Source of the DNA: Hemiscyllium ocellatum | Lineage: Eukaryota | NCBI RefSeq assembly: GCF_020745735.1 | Contig: NC_083427.1 | Span: 1,829,438 to 1,893,437 of the forward strand | DNA: 64,000 nt | Reading direction: 5' to 3' | Part shown: positions 25,331 through 39,400 of the stretch, piece by piece | Layout of the letters: the number at the start of each line of letters is the position of its first letter | Numbering within the stretch: position 1 is the stretch's first letter | Notes under the pieces: generated by a model | What the model was told of the DNA's origin: nothing | Database searches by the model: none | What the model saw: only the letters and a program-made list of their open reading frames with translations | Program-made: the position numbers and the translations under genes

Positions 25331-25737
25331 ACATTCCAAAATCCAGGAAATAATATTGATTGAAAAGCCTCACAGAGCAAGATGTTCATCCTGTGAAAGG
25401 GTTTAAGCTGCTGCACGGTGTCCACTATTGAAATGTTTGAATTCCCGCTAAAGATGTATGCAAAATGATGAATAACTAATTGAAAAAAATAACGTGCTGA
25501 TGGACAAAATAAATAGTATACGTGGAGAAAAGCTGCTTTTAAAATGTCATCTTTGCAGTATATGCAGACATGTGGAAAGTAGTCAATGATTGTTAGGTAT
25601 GGAAATATTAGCATGCCAATTCGAATGTCAATACGATTGAATGCTGGGTGTTTACAGAGATCAATGGGGAAATCAGGAGTCAGTATACAGAAATACTCTG
25701 ATTCATAGTTGATTATTATACAGTTGGATGAATCGAT

Positions 25738-26737
25738 NNNNNNNNNNNNNNNNNNNNNNNNNNNNNNNNNNNNNNNNNNNNNNNNNNNNNNNNNNNNNNN
25801 NNNNNNNNNNNNNNNNNNNNNNNNNNNNNNNNNNNNNNNNNNNNNNNNNNNNNNNNNNNNNNNNNNNNNNNNNNNNNNNNNNNNNNNNNNNNNNNNNNNN
25901 NNNNNNNNNNNNNNNNNNNNNNNNNNNNNNNNNNNNNNNNNNNNNNNNNNNNNNNNNNNNNNNNNNNNNNNNNNNNNNNNNNNNNNNNNNNNNNNNNNNN
26001 NNNNNNNNNNNNNNNNNNNNNNNNNNNNNNNNNNNNNNNNNNNNNNNNNNNNNNNNNNNNNNNNNNNNNNNNNNNNNNNNNNNNNNNNNNNNNNNNNNNN
26101 NNNNNNNNNNNNNNNNNNNNNNNNNNNNNNNNNNNNNNNNNNNNNNNNNNNNNNNNNNNNNNNNNNNNNNNNNNNNNNNNNNNNNNNNNNNNNNNNNNNN
26201 NNNNNNNNNNNNNNNNNNNNNNNNNNNNNNNNNNNNNNNNNNNNNNNNNNNNNNNNNNNNNNNNNNNNNNNNNNNNNNNNNNNNNNNNNNNNNNNNNNNN
26301 NNNNNNNNNNNNNNNNNNNNNNNNNNNNNNNNNNNNNNNNNNNNNNNNNNNNNNNNNNNNNNNNNNNNNNNNNNNNNNNNNNNNNNNNNNNNNNNNNNNN
26401 NNNNNNNNNNNNNNNNNNNNNNNNNNNNNNNNNNNNNNNNNNNNNNNNNNNNNNNNNNNNNNNNNNNNNNNNNNNNNNNNNNNNNNNNNNNNNNNNNNNN
26501 NNNNNNNNNNNNNNNNNNNNNNNNNNNNNNNNNNNNNNNNNNNNNNNNNNNNNNNNNNNNNNNNNNNNNNNNNNNNNNNNNNNNNNNNNNNNNNNNNNNN
26601 NNNNNNNNNNNNNNNNNNNNNNNNNNNNNNNNNNNNNNNNNNNNNNNNNNNNNNNNNNNNNNNNNNNNNNNNNNNNNNNNNNNNNNNNNNNNNNNNNNNN
26701 NNNNNNNNNNNNNNNNNNNNNNNNNNNNNNNNNNNNG
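25738..26737. other. Assembly gap (exactly 1000 N)
   Basis: Round-number N run, so true size is unknown. The long X-containing ORFs across it are artefacts. Confidence 0.99.
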
Positions 26738-27356
26738 AACGAGACCAAGAGAATCTCCATTAAATGGTTAAGCACTGATTTTTAAATTGAAACTCATCGT
26801 TCAAGATTCGTCCAGAATAGAAAGGATTCTTTCGCAAGTAATTCAGGGTCTTTTATATTTCACACAGCTCAACTTTCCCTCTTTTAAATTCGAAAAGATA
26901 AAAGCCTAGCATGCACAGTTTACTTGTACATATCACTCTCCTTCCAGGTGCTAAACTGGTGAACGTTCTCTGAACTGCTTCCAGCACATCTACTTCCGTC
27001 CATAAGTAAGGTGGAAAACACAATTTTTTTTTCATTTTATGATTTTATTGATATGAAGTGATTTTATTCATTTGTGGTATATCTGTGACGCTTTCTGTGC
27101 CAGCATTTATTGTCCATCCATGATTTCCCCTTGAGAATATCCTGGTGGTTAGTCTTCTTTAACTTTTGCAGTTCCTTTGTTTTGAATTGACACGCAACAC
27201 TAAACGAATACTTCCAGCATTTTGGCAATGTTTAGGAATTTCTCTCACGAATGTACTGTACAAGTAAACAACTGTGCTAACCTTGAATTCAATTCCATTC
27301 ACTACGAATTCTATTAAATGCTTTTTGGTTGCTGTATCTGCATGCTAACCTTTTCT

Positions 27357-27721
27357 GATTCATGCACTGGTACCCTGCATCTCAAAGCTCTGCAAACTCT
27401 CAGCACTTGGATTATATGATTCCATATTTTAATTCTTGCCAAATGAAAAATCTCACATTTTTCCAACATTGTGCTTCATTTGTCATTTTTTCTCTCCCAC
27501 ATAAACCATTGATGCCCCACTTAGCAATTGTTGAATACCCTGCTCGATTTGCAGTGGACCCTCAAAAGCATTTTGGCAAATAGCGTTGAACACGTTTTCA
27601 ACAGGATTCCTGGAAAAAATGTGAGATTTTTCATCTGGCAAGAATTAAAATATGGAATTATATCATCCAAGTGCTGAGAGTTTGCAGAGCTTTGAGATGC
27701 CGGCGTATCAGTGCATGAATC
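27357..27721. repeat. Foldback / MITE-like inverted repeat: arms of about 110 bp around a 145-bp spacer
   Basis: 27357-27465 (gattcatgcactgg..catctcaaagctctgcaaactctcagcacttgg..tccatattttaattcttgcc.aatgaaaaatctcacatttttcca) is the reverse complement of 27611-27721 with only a few mismatches. Confidence 0.93.
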
Positions 27722-28789
27722 ACCCCAGTTTTCACTACCCCAGTCAATCTAGACAAGGTTAATTGCAGCGCTAACATCCACTCAACAATATGGAAGAATG
27801 TCCATGTACGTCTTTTCCAAACAAAACAAGACAGTACCAAATCATCCAAATGCCAACTGATCAGTCTACAGGTTGATCATCAGTAAATTGATGGAGAAGA
27901 CGATCAATAATGCAGTGATGCCGCACTTGCGGGATCAATAAGCTGCTCACTCGTGCTCAGTTTAGATATAGCCGGGCTCAACTATCTCCTGATGACATCA
28001 CAGCCCTGGTTCATTCATGGACATATTCGCGAATGGATGAAATCTTTGAATTCACATGAATGAGGGTATTTTTAACTGCTGTGTGGTTGTGAAGAGTTTT
28101 CCTCAATCGTTCGAATTTTGAATACTTTCTTCATTTTTCATTTTTCTTCTTAAGATTTTTTTCTTCATTACAAAAATAGTGTGAGTGAACCTTCCCTGAA
28201 CAGAATCAAACACAAGTACAAACATTTTTCACCCAAGGACACTGACATCATACACAGGACTCCAGGTGTGGTCTTTCAAGGGCTGCCTATAACTACAATA
28301 CAATCTCTGTAATTTTGTGTTCTATTGCCCTCACAATAGGGAACATGTTGCCACTTACCTTCCTAAACACTTGCTGTACTGGTGTGCTAACATTTTGTGG
28401 TTTCTGTATCAGATCTCTCAGATTCCACCGTACATCTGAATTTTACAATTTCCTTCTAGTATTATGCAATACAATGATCCCAGTTAATTTTCCCACAAGC
28501 CAAGTCAGATCCCAGATTTGGGAAAATATTTAAAGTCTTTCTTGAAATATAAACACGGAAGGCATCAGACTTGGGCTCAATTGTAAAACAGGAATTTATT
28601 ACATACGAACGTGAAAGCAAAACAAACTCGGCTATGCAAACATAGCATAACAATGCGCTATCTACCTCGAAACACTATATAATTAATCCAAATACAGAGA
28701 ACGTTTCGTTCCCCATCAATTCTGCAAACTGCATTAAACATTTCTTTCCAATTCTCATGCTGTGAACTGCGAAATCGTTCTTCTTTAAA

Positions 28790-31080
28790 AGACAATAGAC
28801 AAATGTGCAGGAGTAGGCCATTCTGCCCTTCGAGCCTGCACCACCATTCATTATGATCATGGATGATAATCCTCAATCAGTATCCTGTTCCTGCCTTATC
28901 TCCATAACCCTTGATTCCACTATCATTTAGAGCTCTATCCAACTCTTTCTTAAACGAATCCAGAGACTGGGCCTCCGCTGCCTTCTGGGATAGAGCATTC
29001 CACACAGCCACCACTCTCTGGGTGAAGAAGTTTCTCCTCATCTTTGTCCTAAATTGCCTACTTCTTATTTTTAAGCTGTGTCCACTGGTTCAGGACTCAC
29101 CCATCAGCGGAAAAACGTTTTCTGCCTCCAGAGTGTCCAATCCTTTAATAATCTTATACGTCTCAATCAGATCCCCCTCTCAGTATTCTAAACTCAAGGC
29201 TATACAAGCCCAGTCGCTCCAATCTTTCAACATAAGATCGTCCCGCCATTCCAGGAATTGACCTTGTGAACCTACACTGCACTCCCTCAATAGCTGCAGA
29301 AGAACCTCTTTGCTTCTATACTCAATCCCTCTTGTTATGAAGACCAGCATGTTATTATCTTTCTTCACTACCTGTTGTACCTGTATGCTTGCCTTCATTG
29401 ACTAGTGTACAAGAACACCCAGATCTCTTTGTACTGCTCCTTTACCTAATTTGACTACATTTAGGTAGAAATCTGTCTTCCTGTTCTTGTTACCAAATTA
29501 GATAACCTTACATTTACCCATATTAAACTGCATCTGCCATGCATTTGTCCACTCACCTAACCTGTCCATGTCACCCTGTAATCGCCTAACATCCTCCTCA
29601 CATTTCACCCTGCCACCCAGCTTTGTATCATCAGCAAATTTGCTAATGTTACTATTAATACTATCTTCTATATCATTAATATATATTGTAAAAAGCTGCA
29701 GTCCCAGCACTGATCCCTGCGGTACCCCACTTGTCACCACCTGCCATTCTGAAAGGGAGCCGTTTATCACTCCTCTTTATTTCCTGTCAGCCAACCAACT
29801 TTTAATCCAAGTTAGTACTTTGCCCCCAATACCATGCGCCCTACGTTTGCTCACGAACCTCCTATGTGGGACTTTATCAAAGGCTTTCTGAAAGTCCAGG
29901 TACACTACATCCACTGGATCTCCCTTGTCTAACTTCAGAGTTACACCCTCAAAAAATTCCAGAAGATCAGTCAAACATGATTTCCTCTTCATAAATTCAT
30001 GCTGACTCTGACCTAGGAGAAAGTCATTCCTGAAGAAGGACTTATGTCAGAAACGTCGATTCTCCTGCTCCTTGGATGCTGCCTGACCTGCTGCACTTTT
30101 CCAGCAACACATTTTTCAGAATTGACTCTGACTTATCCTGTTACTACTATCCAGATGTGTCGTAATTTCATCCTTTATAATTGACTCCAGCATCTTTCCC
30201 ACCACTGAAGTCAGACTATCTGGCCTATAATTTCCTGCTTTCTCTATCGCTCCTTTCTTGAAAAGTGGTACAACATTAGTCACCCTTCAATCCGCAGGAA
30301 CTGATCCTGAATCTATCGAACTCTGGAAAATAATCACCAACGCATCCACGATTTGTCGAGCCACGTCCTTCAGTATCCTGGGATGTAGACCATCAGGCCC
30401 CGGGGACTTATCAGCCTTCAGACCTAACAGTCTCTCCAACACCAATTCCTGGCAAATATAATTCCCTTCAGTTCAGGTCCTTCAGCCACTGTTACCAATG
30501 GGAGGTTGCGTGTGTCTTCCCCAGTGAACACAGATCTGGAGTACTAACACAACTCTTCTGCCATTTCTTTGTTGCCCATAATATACTCCCCTGTTTCTGT
30601 CTTCAAGGGCCCAATTTTAGTCTTAACCATTTTTTCCCCTTTCACATACCTAAAAAAGCTTTTACTATCCACTTTTATATTTTTGGCCAGTTTACTTTCG
30701 TACATCATTTTTTCTCTGCGTATTTCTTTCTTAGTAATACCCTGTTGTTCTTTAAAAGCATCCCAGTCCTCCGTTTTCCCACTGATCCTTGCTATATCAT
30801 ATTTTTTTCTCTTTTGACTTCATATGTTTCTTAACTTCCCTCGTCAGCCACGGCCACCCCTGCCTCCTCATAGGATCTTTCTTCCTTTTTGAAATGAATT
30901 GATCCTACATATTCTGCATTATACACAGAAATATCTGCTATTGTTCCTCCACTGTCATCCCTGCTAAGGTATTGCAGCATTGAACTTTGGCCAGCTCCTC
31001 CATCATAGCTCCATAGTTCCCTTTACTCAATTAAAATATTGTCACTACCGATTGTACCCTCTCCCTTTCAAATTGCAGAT
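28790..31080 (-). mobile_element. Relatively young CR1 LINE (3' 2.3 kb of ORF2 plus 3' UTR)
   Basis: Minus ORFs 29777-29992 (SCLTDLLEFFE..YLDFQKAFDKVPH) and 29498-29770 ([22 protein letters not shown]); 3' UTR at 28790-28900. Confidence 0.95.
30013..30122 (+). mobile_element. Short pLTR-derived insertion in the CR1, with a 10-bp target-site duplication and a hammerhead-like motif
   Basis: tgactctgac at 30003-30012 and 30123-30132 flanks the insert. The insert has attc-ctgaaga-aggac-ttat-gtca-gaaac-gtc-gatt at 30026-30061. Confidence 0.85.
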
Positions 31081-32409
31081 CAACTCACGCAACTGCCCTA
31101 CTTACAGACAAGTATCTTTGTATCCTAACTGTTGTGAAAATAGTCAATTTACCGAATCGAAACCAATCGTGTTTGTGACATCGGTAGAGTTTCCTTCGAA
31201 GTTATCTTTTGTTTTCTTACCTGAAATCGATCATTTATTACTTGCTTGCTGTTTCATTAACACAACTCATTGTCATGTCAATATCTCTGTCCTGGGCTTG
31301 TTACACTTATTCCAAAAAGCACAACGCAACTCAAGGAAAAACACATACTTTCCCCTCAGGTACTTTACAAATTCTAAAGTTCATATCTACAATTTTAGAG
31401 CCGAACACATGATGCATGACCTCCATTATTCTGCAATTGATAGAAACATAGCAAATAGTAACAAGAGTGATCACTACAGCCCTCTCGACAACTCCACCAT
31501 TCACTCTGGTTGTGGGTCATCATTCAGCACAGCACTTTTTTCTTGCTTTCCCCCATCGTCATTTAACCCTTTCAAAGTGATAACTAAACCTAAATCCTCA
31601 TCGAAAACATTCGATGTTTTGGCTTCAATTGTTTACTGTGACAGAGAATTCCACCGGCTCACCAGTCCCTAGTTAAATACATTTCTACTCATCCCAGTCT
31701 CAAGAGGCCTTGCCTGTGTACTTCACCTGTGAATTCTTGTTCTAGATCCCTAGTCACCGGGAAGATACTTTCTGCAATATCCCATCTTGTCCTGCTGGAA
31801 ATGTATTGGTTTCAATGTGAACCTCTCTGATTCTTCTCAGTTCCAATGAATACCGTCCTCAGAAATCCAGTATCTCTTCATTCATTCGCCATGCATTCCT
31901 GGAATCGGTCTGCCCCGTATGGGAATTCTCTCGCTGTGAAGACTAACATGTCATTTATCAGCTTTACTGTTTTTTGCAGTAATACATGTTATCCCTCTTT
32001 CTTTGGCCTTCTCAGAGTTGTTGTGCTTGGGTCTTGCAGGTCAGCTGAATGCCTGAAGTATAGTTAATGTAATGAACACTCCTACGAATCCCCATGAATG
32101 CAGAATGTACTTCATCTTTTCCTCGTGAAAATCCTGTGTCAATTAGTTTCTGATGTATTACCTTACTCTATATGTTCATCGTGTGACATTTGATCTGCAC
32201 AACAGTCGTTTGCAATATGCTGGGAAATTAATTTGAAGCAGAAAAATGAAAGCGGGCCTAGAAATTACGAAGGCAGATTGTGAAATTGATCGGAATGAAT
32301 ATGTTAAGTCGAAAAAGCAACCATGAAGCTAATGCTATTCGATTAAACCACATTTGTTCAATAATATCCGTCAGGGAAGATGATTGGTTGGATCTTCAAA
32401 TTGAATGTT

Positions 32410-32750
32410 CCATCTATAGAAGAAAGAGAGAGCGAGGGATGTAGAGAATAAGAGAGAGAGAAAGAATGTAAGATACAGGGGGAGAATGAGAGAGATGAGA
32501 CAGACAGAAAAGGCGGCAGAACGGGAACGAGAGTGAGAAAGGAATAAATGAGAAGTGGAGAGGCGGTTTGTGAGAGAAAAAGAGAGAAATGAAAGAAGGA
32601 GAGAGCTCGAATAGAGAGAAGGGGAGAAAGGGTTGTGTTGAGCCACACAGAGCGAGACACATAAAGAGAAATTAGAGTCTGGAAGCGTGAAACAGAGTGA
32701 GAAAGAGAGAGAGAGAGAAGCAATGAAATGAGATGAGGGCGAAGAAGATG
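32410..32750 (+). repeat. GA-rich low-complexity (polypurine) tract
   Basis: Degenerate (GA)n/(GAAA)n. Similar tracts at about 11340-11640 and 20810-21070. Confidence 0.85.
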
Positions 32751-34049
32751 GTTTCATAAATTTTCATAAATTAGAGCTTCTGCAAAACCTCTCAAACTGG
32801 TTCGCACAGAAACAAAAGGCAGCAAACACTCGAGTGCAAACATTTCCAATTTTGCTTTCAAGTTAACGACCATCGTGCTTTGCAATAAATAATCTCTGTC
32901 GCTTCTTTTGCTGAGTCTTGAACATAGGATGTTGCTGAATGAAATTGTGAAAGTGCCTTCACCAGATGCCGGATCAAGAAAAAGATGGTCTCCCTTAATT
33001 GTTCCATCAACGACTGTCCGGACATGAATTATAGCCTTTCTCTCAAAGCTGCACGAGAGACAATGAGGAATATAGATGTTGGAGAGTCAGATCAGAAAGT
33101 GTGGCATTGGGAAAGTAGTTCAGGGAGCATCCAAAGAGCAGGAGAGTCGAAGTCTTGGGCATAAGCCCTTCATTAGGAATGTCAAGGCCACGCCCTTAGA
33201 ATTAAAAGCCCTCATTGCATTATTTGTTCAAATACAAATTCCCAGGTTATGGTGTATGGATAGTGCCTGTTTATCAAGTTATTTTCCCCTGAAACGAACA
33301 AACAATGTTGGGAATGCTTGGCAGCTTCTGTTGCTAGTAAAGGAGCTCAGGTTTAAGGCTTTCATGGTTTGTCACAGTTAACATGGTACAAAATGGTAGT
33401 AGGTGTCTCTCATGCAATCATGTTCAAGCATTTTTCAAATGTTATTTATTGATATTAACTCACAAGGTTGGCTCTACTACTGCAAGTTTTGCGCAGAATC
33501 CGGAACCCTGAAATTTCACATTCAGTTCGGAACAGATCACAATTTGACACGAATGTCGGAGTGGAAACCCTTTTACAGAATTTCTCATTGCCCAGTTGTA
33601 AAGGGACAAACACTGGAGGAAGTCAACAGGTCTGACTCATGTTCGAGTTTTGCAGAATGGTTTTAACTGTTGTCTCTGTTTCTGTCTCTTCAGATGTTGT
33701 CAGTTAATATTCCCATCAAGTAATCTTTTATCAAAGATAAATTTGGTCGTTTTAATGCTGCAAGGTGACACTGCATGAATGAGACTGCGACTGAGTATCT
33801 GCAACTGGTAACATTACCAATTGGAAGTTCTCCTTGAAACCTCTCACCATTCCGACTTGGACATGTGTTACTGTTTCTTCAATATTGAAGAGCCAATACC
33901 CTGGAGTTGTCTCCCTAATTGCATTATATGTCTACCCTCAATTCATTGACTGTATGGTTCAAGATGGTAGCTCACACTACCCCGCCAGGTTATGGACGGA
34001 TATGACCACCTAAAAAGCGTTCATGAAAATAGCCTACGTCTGAGCTTCT

Positions 34050-34570
34050 TATTTTATAGGCAGATGTGAAGTGACTGTTCCAGGGGAAATGCAGCTGTTA
34101 ACATCATTCGCTTTACAAAACCAAAATTAACTTTTAAACAAAATTGAAACACAAACAAAAGAAAAGAGAATTTAGAATAACTTAAATGCCGGAAAACTGA
34201 TCAAATCCAACACAGCAACCTAATTAAGAAACTGCTGCAATCAAACAACGTTCCATAAACACAGCCGTTGCAAAAGGGAAATTCAAACACGGGTTCTTAC
34301 CAGTCCGAGGGAACAACTTTCAGAGAGTTCAGAGTGGTAAGTCAACAAAGAATCATCTTCTGTTGTTTGGAACGCTACTACACAGCAACAGTTTCTCTCT
34401 GTTACTGCGAAACCAAAGTCGGAATAAGCTTGAACTGGGAGATTTGATAACTTCGTTGTCATTGTTACACTAGGCTTTCCCAAGACGGTTTGGTACCTCT
34501 GTCTTTACGATTCATTGAAAAGAAAACAAGGAAAAATAACCTTTTTAAAGAGACAACATTGTCACAACTC
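34050..34570 (-). mobile_element. Solo LTR-like element (partial second copy at about 40366-40715)
   Basis: Unique-looking 0.5-kb unit ending ..ccttttaaagagacaacattgtcaca, resembling fish and shark Gypsy solo LTRs; no coding part seen. Confidence 0.45.
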
Positions 34571-34639
34571 CATCTTCTCAAGGAGAAACAAGGATGGGCA
34601 CTAAGCACTGGATCTAGACAGTGATACCCATATCACATG

Positions 34640-35250
34640 TAGTGAATGTACCCATTGACCTATTGTACTCTATGCTACTTTCTCCCCATCCCCTCCATCC
34701 TCTCATTTGCCTGTATTCCTGATGAAGGGCTTCTGCCCTAAACGTAGATTTGCTGCTTCTCGGATGCTGCCTGAACAGCTGTGCTTTTCCAGCACCACTC
34801 TAATCCAGAATCTGGTTTCCAGCATCTGCAGTCATTGTTTTTACCCATATGATTTTAACCCTACTGTGAATTCTCTTGCAAGTATGCCTGTCTTGAGGAA
34901 ATTTTCCTCCTCTCTCTACAAGAATCTCAGGGAGTCAATCTCCCACTGCAACTCCCAGGTCATTTCCTCTGCCCTGAAGCTCTTCACCTTCTTCCCACCC
35001 ACATCCATCCATTGTACTCTTTGCTACCCTACCCCACCCTCCTCCCTGACCGATTACCTTCACCCCCACCCCAAATCACTTATTGTACTCTATGTTACTT
35101 TCACTCCACCTCCACCCTCCTCTAATTTTTCTCTCCACCCTTCAGGCACTCTGCTTGCTTTTGCCCAAACATCGGTTTTCATATTCCTCGGATGCTGCCT
35201 GAAGTGCTATGCTTTTCCTGCACTCTCCAAGTTCATTCTTTCTGAAAAAA
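34640..35250 (+). mobile_element. Penelope-like 3' fragment with two tandem pLTRs (paralogue 40790-41420)
   Basis: Repeated ccattgtactct..ctac units, C-rich spacer and two cctgatgaagggc..gcccgaaac-type modules about 440 nt apart. Confidence 0.75.
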
Positions 35251-36049
35251 AATAAAGTAGTCACGGTAACTGCAATTTAGGTTGGAAATTAGTGCATGCC
35301 TTGTTGCCGATGCCCTTATCCTGTGAACGATTTAAAAAAAAGGACAGGAACTTGCTTCCAGGGCAAACTTATTATGAGGACAAAAGTTCAATTTTCCATG
35401 AACTGTGCAATTTGAAGATAGGTTCATGAGTGCAAGGAATGAGGGGCAGGTTTTTCCGACTAACCAAAAGATAATAAAGACAATTAATAATCTCAGCTAG
35501 GATTTGCTCAACCACTGAATTTGTTTACTCTTTGTCTTCCCCAGTGAGCAGTCAAGGCTGGGCCATTGTACTTTTTTTGCATTAAGGAGGAAATCATGGT
35601 TTGGCTGAGCAGTCTGCAATTGGATTTAGGCTGGAATCAAATGAGCCGTTGATTTATCACATGGCAGTTTCAAAGAACCAAATAGCCTACTGCTGCTTCT
35701 ATTTCTTATTCCTTTATTTGGGATTACACAAATTCAGTCAGTTTGCTGATAAGGTTTACGGGCAAGGCGGATGAAGGTATTAGTGTTGATAATGTGTACA
35801 AGGGAAAAGAGCAAGAATTGCTGACTAGGCGTCTACAGACAATCGATATTCACAAAATTAAGCATGCAGCACAAAATGTTTGCAAACTCCCCAATAACAT
35901 AAGAAGGAGAAGGTTGTGTTGACGAATTGGCTCATTAAAAAAATGGGGTAGAAATTATTTTTTTTTTACTCAGCTCTCAGGGTTCTTGCTCAATTTGATA
36001 TAAATGTGTTGATTTGAATGTATCAGTAGAGGGCGCAGTTTATAGACAG

Positions 36050-39000
36050 GCCCAGTTGTCTCATTTTTGACTGTCATCTGGAAGGACGAAAACGAGCTGG
36101 TATTCTTTTCATTCATTCAACAGATAACGAGAGTCACGAAGTGAGCAAATATTGTATTGCACATCCGCAGCTGAGATGGTGTCTATGATCCACTGCAGTC
36201 TCTGATCTTGCAGGGACTGCCACAGTGCTGTTGCGAAGGTCGGTCAAAGACTGTACCCTTCAGGATTGAGCAACATTACACGAGCTGCGATATAACTCCA
36301 AGTCCAGATGGTAAGGGCCTTGGATGTAACTTGAATATAGCTGTGTTCCCATGCATCTGCTGTCCCCATCATTAGCAATTGTAGAGGTCATTTGTAAAAT
36401 GTACAGTTTTAAAATGTTTTAAATGGAAGGATGGACACAAGAACATTACAGCAAAGCAAAGGTTTCGTACCCCAGTTGGCTGAATGCTTGGTTTCTGATG
36501 CAGTGTGGGTTCAATACCATTGGTAACTTTGTGTTTACTGTCAGGGAGGATGCAATCGGGAATCTGGTGGGCTGAACGAAGAAAGAAAATGGACTGAAAG
36601 GAAATATATTTGACATAGAGAAGTTGCATAACCAAGAAAGGTTGTATGCTATTTGGGAACAAGGGATGTGTGGTGAGATTTATGGAAATTCTGAACACAG
36701 TGTTCCGAGTGTAATGTTTTGAACGAGCTGACAGAAGGGATGGCGGACCACAAATGTGAGCCTCTAATTTAGAATCGTGGAGGGGGCGGGCAGCGAACAC
36801 CCAAATGTCAGTAACATCAACTGGAAGCGTCGTCACAGGCCAAGTAAAGAACACTTGTGCAGAGTATTGTTAAAAAACAACATTTGTTGTTGACTTGGTA
36901 ATGACCGGATCTGAATTTCCAACGGCATTTGACCTATTGCAACGGCTGGAATCTCACAAAATCCGTTGGAATAGACCATTAACAGTAAAGTGTATTGTGG
37001 TATCATAACTATAACCCTCACCCTACTGCTTTATTGATACAAGATTTATTTTGTTATGTTAAAAGCACCGAGGACACCAATCATTTAAAGACATGCAGTC
37101 ATAGAGAGTAAACAGACCATTCAGTCCAACTGTCATATGCCAACAAGGGTTCCTGAACTGAACTGGTCAATTTTCCTGCGTTTGGTCCATATCCCTTGAA
37201 ACCTTTGCTATCTATGTACCGGTCCAAATTCCGTTTACATGTTGCAACGGTATCTGCATATATCACTTCCGCTGGCAACTCATTCTATTAATGCAACACC
37301 TCCGTGTGGAAAAGCTACCGCTCAGATCAATTTTATATCTTTTTCCTTGTAAACTAAACTTTTGTCCTCTTGTTTTGGACTTCCGTACAGGGGAAAAGAC
37401 CTTTGCGGTTGGGCTTTAAATGGCAGTCATGATTTTATGATGTGGATGTACTAGTGTTGGACTGAGGTGGACAATTTCAGAAGTCACGCATCACCAAGTT
37501 ATTTAAAATCACGAGCTTTCAAAACTCTGCCCTTTCATCATATGTAGTGATGAAGAGACAGTGGTCTGGAAGATTGTGATTACAAACAGACATGTCAAAC
37601 TATAACGGGGCATCATGTGACCTTTGACAATGACTTTATAACCTTTTTAAGGTCACCATTCAGCATCGTACACTCCAGGGAAGAACAGTCCGAGCTTATC
37701 GTGCATCTTCTCATAACTCAAGCCCTTCTGCCGCGGGAATATCCTAATAAATATTTTTTGCACTCCTACTATTTTAAAGACACCTTTCCTGTCGGTCGAC
37801 CTGAATTGTCTGCAGTACGCCCAATGTGGTCTCACCAATTATGTATATATCCATAACATGACCTCCCAAATTAATGTAAGCAATGCTCTGACAGATGAAG
37901 GCAAGTGTGACAAACACTCTTCTTCACCAACAAGTCTACCTGTGACACCACCTCCAAGGAACTATGTACCTGCACACTTAGGTGTCTCTGTTTGTCAACA
38001 GGCCTCTGGGTCCTTCCATTATTTCCTGCTCTGGTTTTTCTTCAGAAGGTGCAACAATACTCATTTAGGTAATTTAAACTCCATCTGCCATTCCTCGTCC
38101 CATTAGACCAGTTTTCCTTATTGGGAATCTTGTTGAATATTCATTATATTGCCAATTTTGGACTCAATCACAAGCTCACGAATGATGCCTCCTATTTTCT
38201 CAAACAAAGCGTTTACTTCAATGAGGAATAACAGTGAAACAAACACTCATACATGAGACAGACCACTGGTCACAGCCTCCAATCTGAACCACAACCTCGA
38301 TCACCACCCTCTGTCTTCTCGCACAAACCCGATTTTCCCAATTTGCTAGTTCTCCTTTCACCCCGTTTGTTCTCATAGTATTATTCAGTCTGCCATGCAG
38401 AACCTTGCTGAAGGCCTTGCGAATGGCCATGCGCACAATGACTGTCATGCTGTCTTCATCTACCGTCTTGGTCACCCCTCCAAAGATCTCAATCACGTTA
38501 GTTATACACGATTTCCCACGTGCAGAGTTATGCTGAGTGTCTCTCATCAATCCCTGCCTTTCCAAATGCATGTGGATTATTTTCTCAGCATCTCATCGAA
38601 TGACATGTCCACCACTGACGTCAGGCTTACTGCTATATTGTTCCTTGGCTTTTTCTTATAGTCTTTCTTAAATAATAGCACAACACTTGAACCTTTCAGT
38701 CTTTTAGCAATTAATCCGTTGTTGTCGACGTCGCAGATGGGTCTGAGAGAGGCCGCAATTTCATTCCTAGATTCACACAATACACTGCTATACACCTAAG
38801 CATGTCGCTGGGATGCGTCTACCTTTATGCATTTTAAGGCCTTCAGTGTCTCCCCGTCAGTGATGTGGACTCTTCTCAAGAGCCCTCTAATGATTTTTTC
38901 TGAGTTGGTCCGTTCCATATCTTTCTGCATTCTGACACAAAATATTCGATTAGGATCTAACAAGTCTCCTGTCGTTCACACATATAAGTTACCCTTACTT

Positions 39001-39400
39001 TCGCCCTTAACATACATGCAAAATCTCTTTGGATTCTCCTTATTCCAAGTTGCCAAAACTTTCTCTTGTCCCCTTTATGCCGGACTGATTTTCCTCTTAA
39101 GTATGCCCCTACACACACTTTACTCACAGCATTCACTGATCTCAGCTATCCATACATGAAATGTGCCTCTTGCTTTTTCTTGACCAGAGCATCAACGTCT
39201 CTCTTCAGTCAGTGTTCCCTACTCCTGGCAGCTGTGCCCTTGACTCTCAGAACAGCAACATGTTGCCTCCAAACTCTCGTTTTGTCATTTTTGAACGCTT
39301 CCAATTTGCCAGACGTCCTTTTGCTTGCGAAGAGCCCCATCCCATCAACTTTTGAAAGTTTCTGTTTAATACCATCAAAATTGGTCTTGCCCTGATTTAG
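36050..39400 (-). mobile_element. Composite of decayed CR1/LINE fragments (paralogue about 42200-45550)
   Basis: Minus ORFs 38218-38571 (HNSARGKSCITNVIEIF..AFSKVLHGRL) and 38577-38795 (VVLLFKK..N..AVSLTSVV) are CR1 RT; 37653-37838 is the RT C-terminus. Confidence 0.85.

Noticed and set aside
25321-26785. Long ORFs of 347-484 aa
   Set aside because: Artefacts of translating across the N gap.
33403-33500. GWLYYCKF resembling a V-region end
   Set aside because: No upstream framework Cys or Trp and no RSS downstream.
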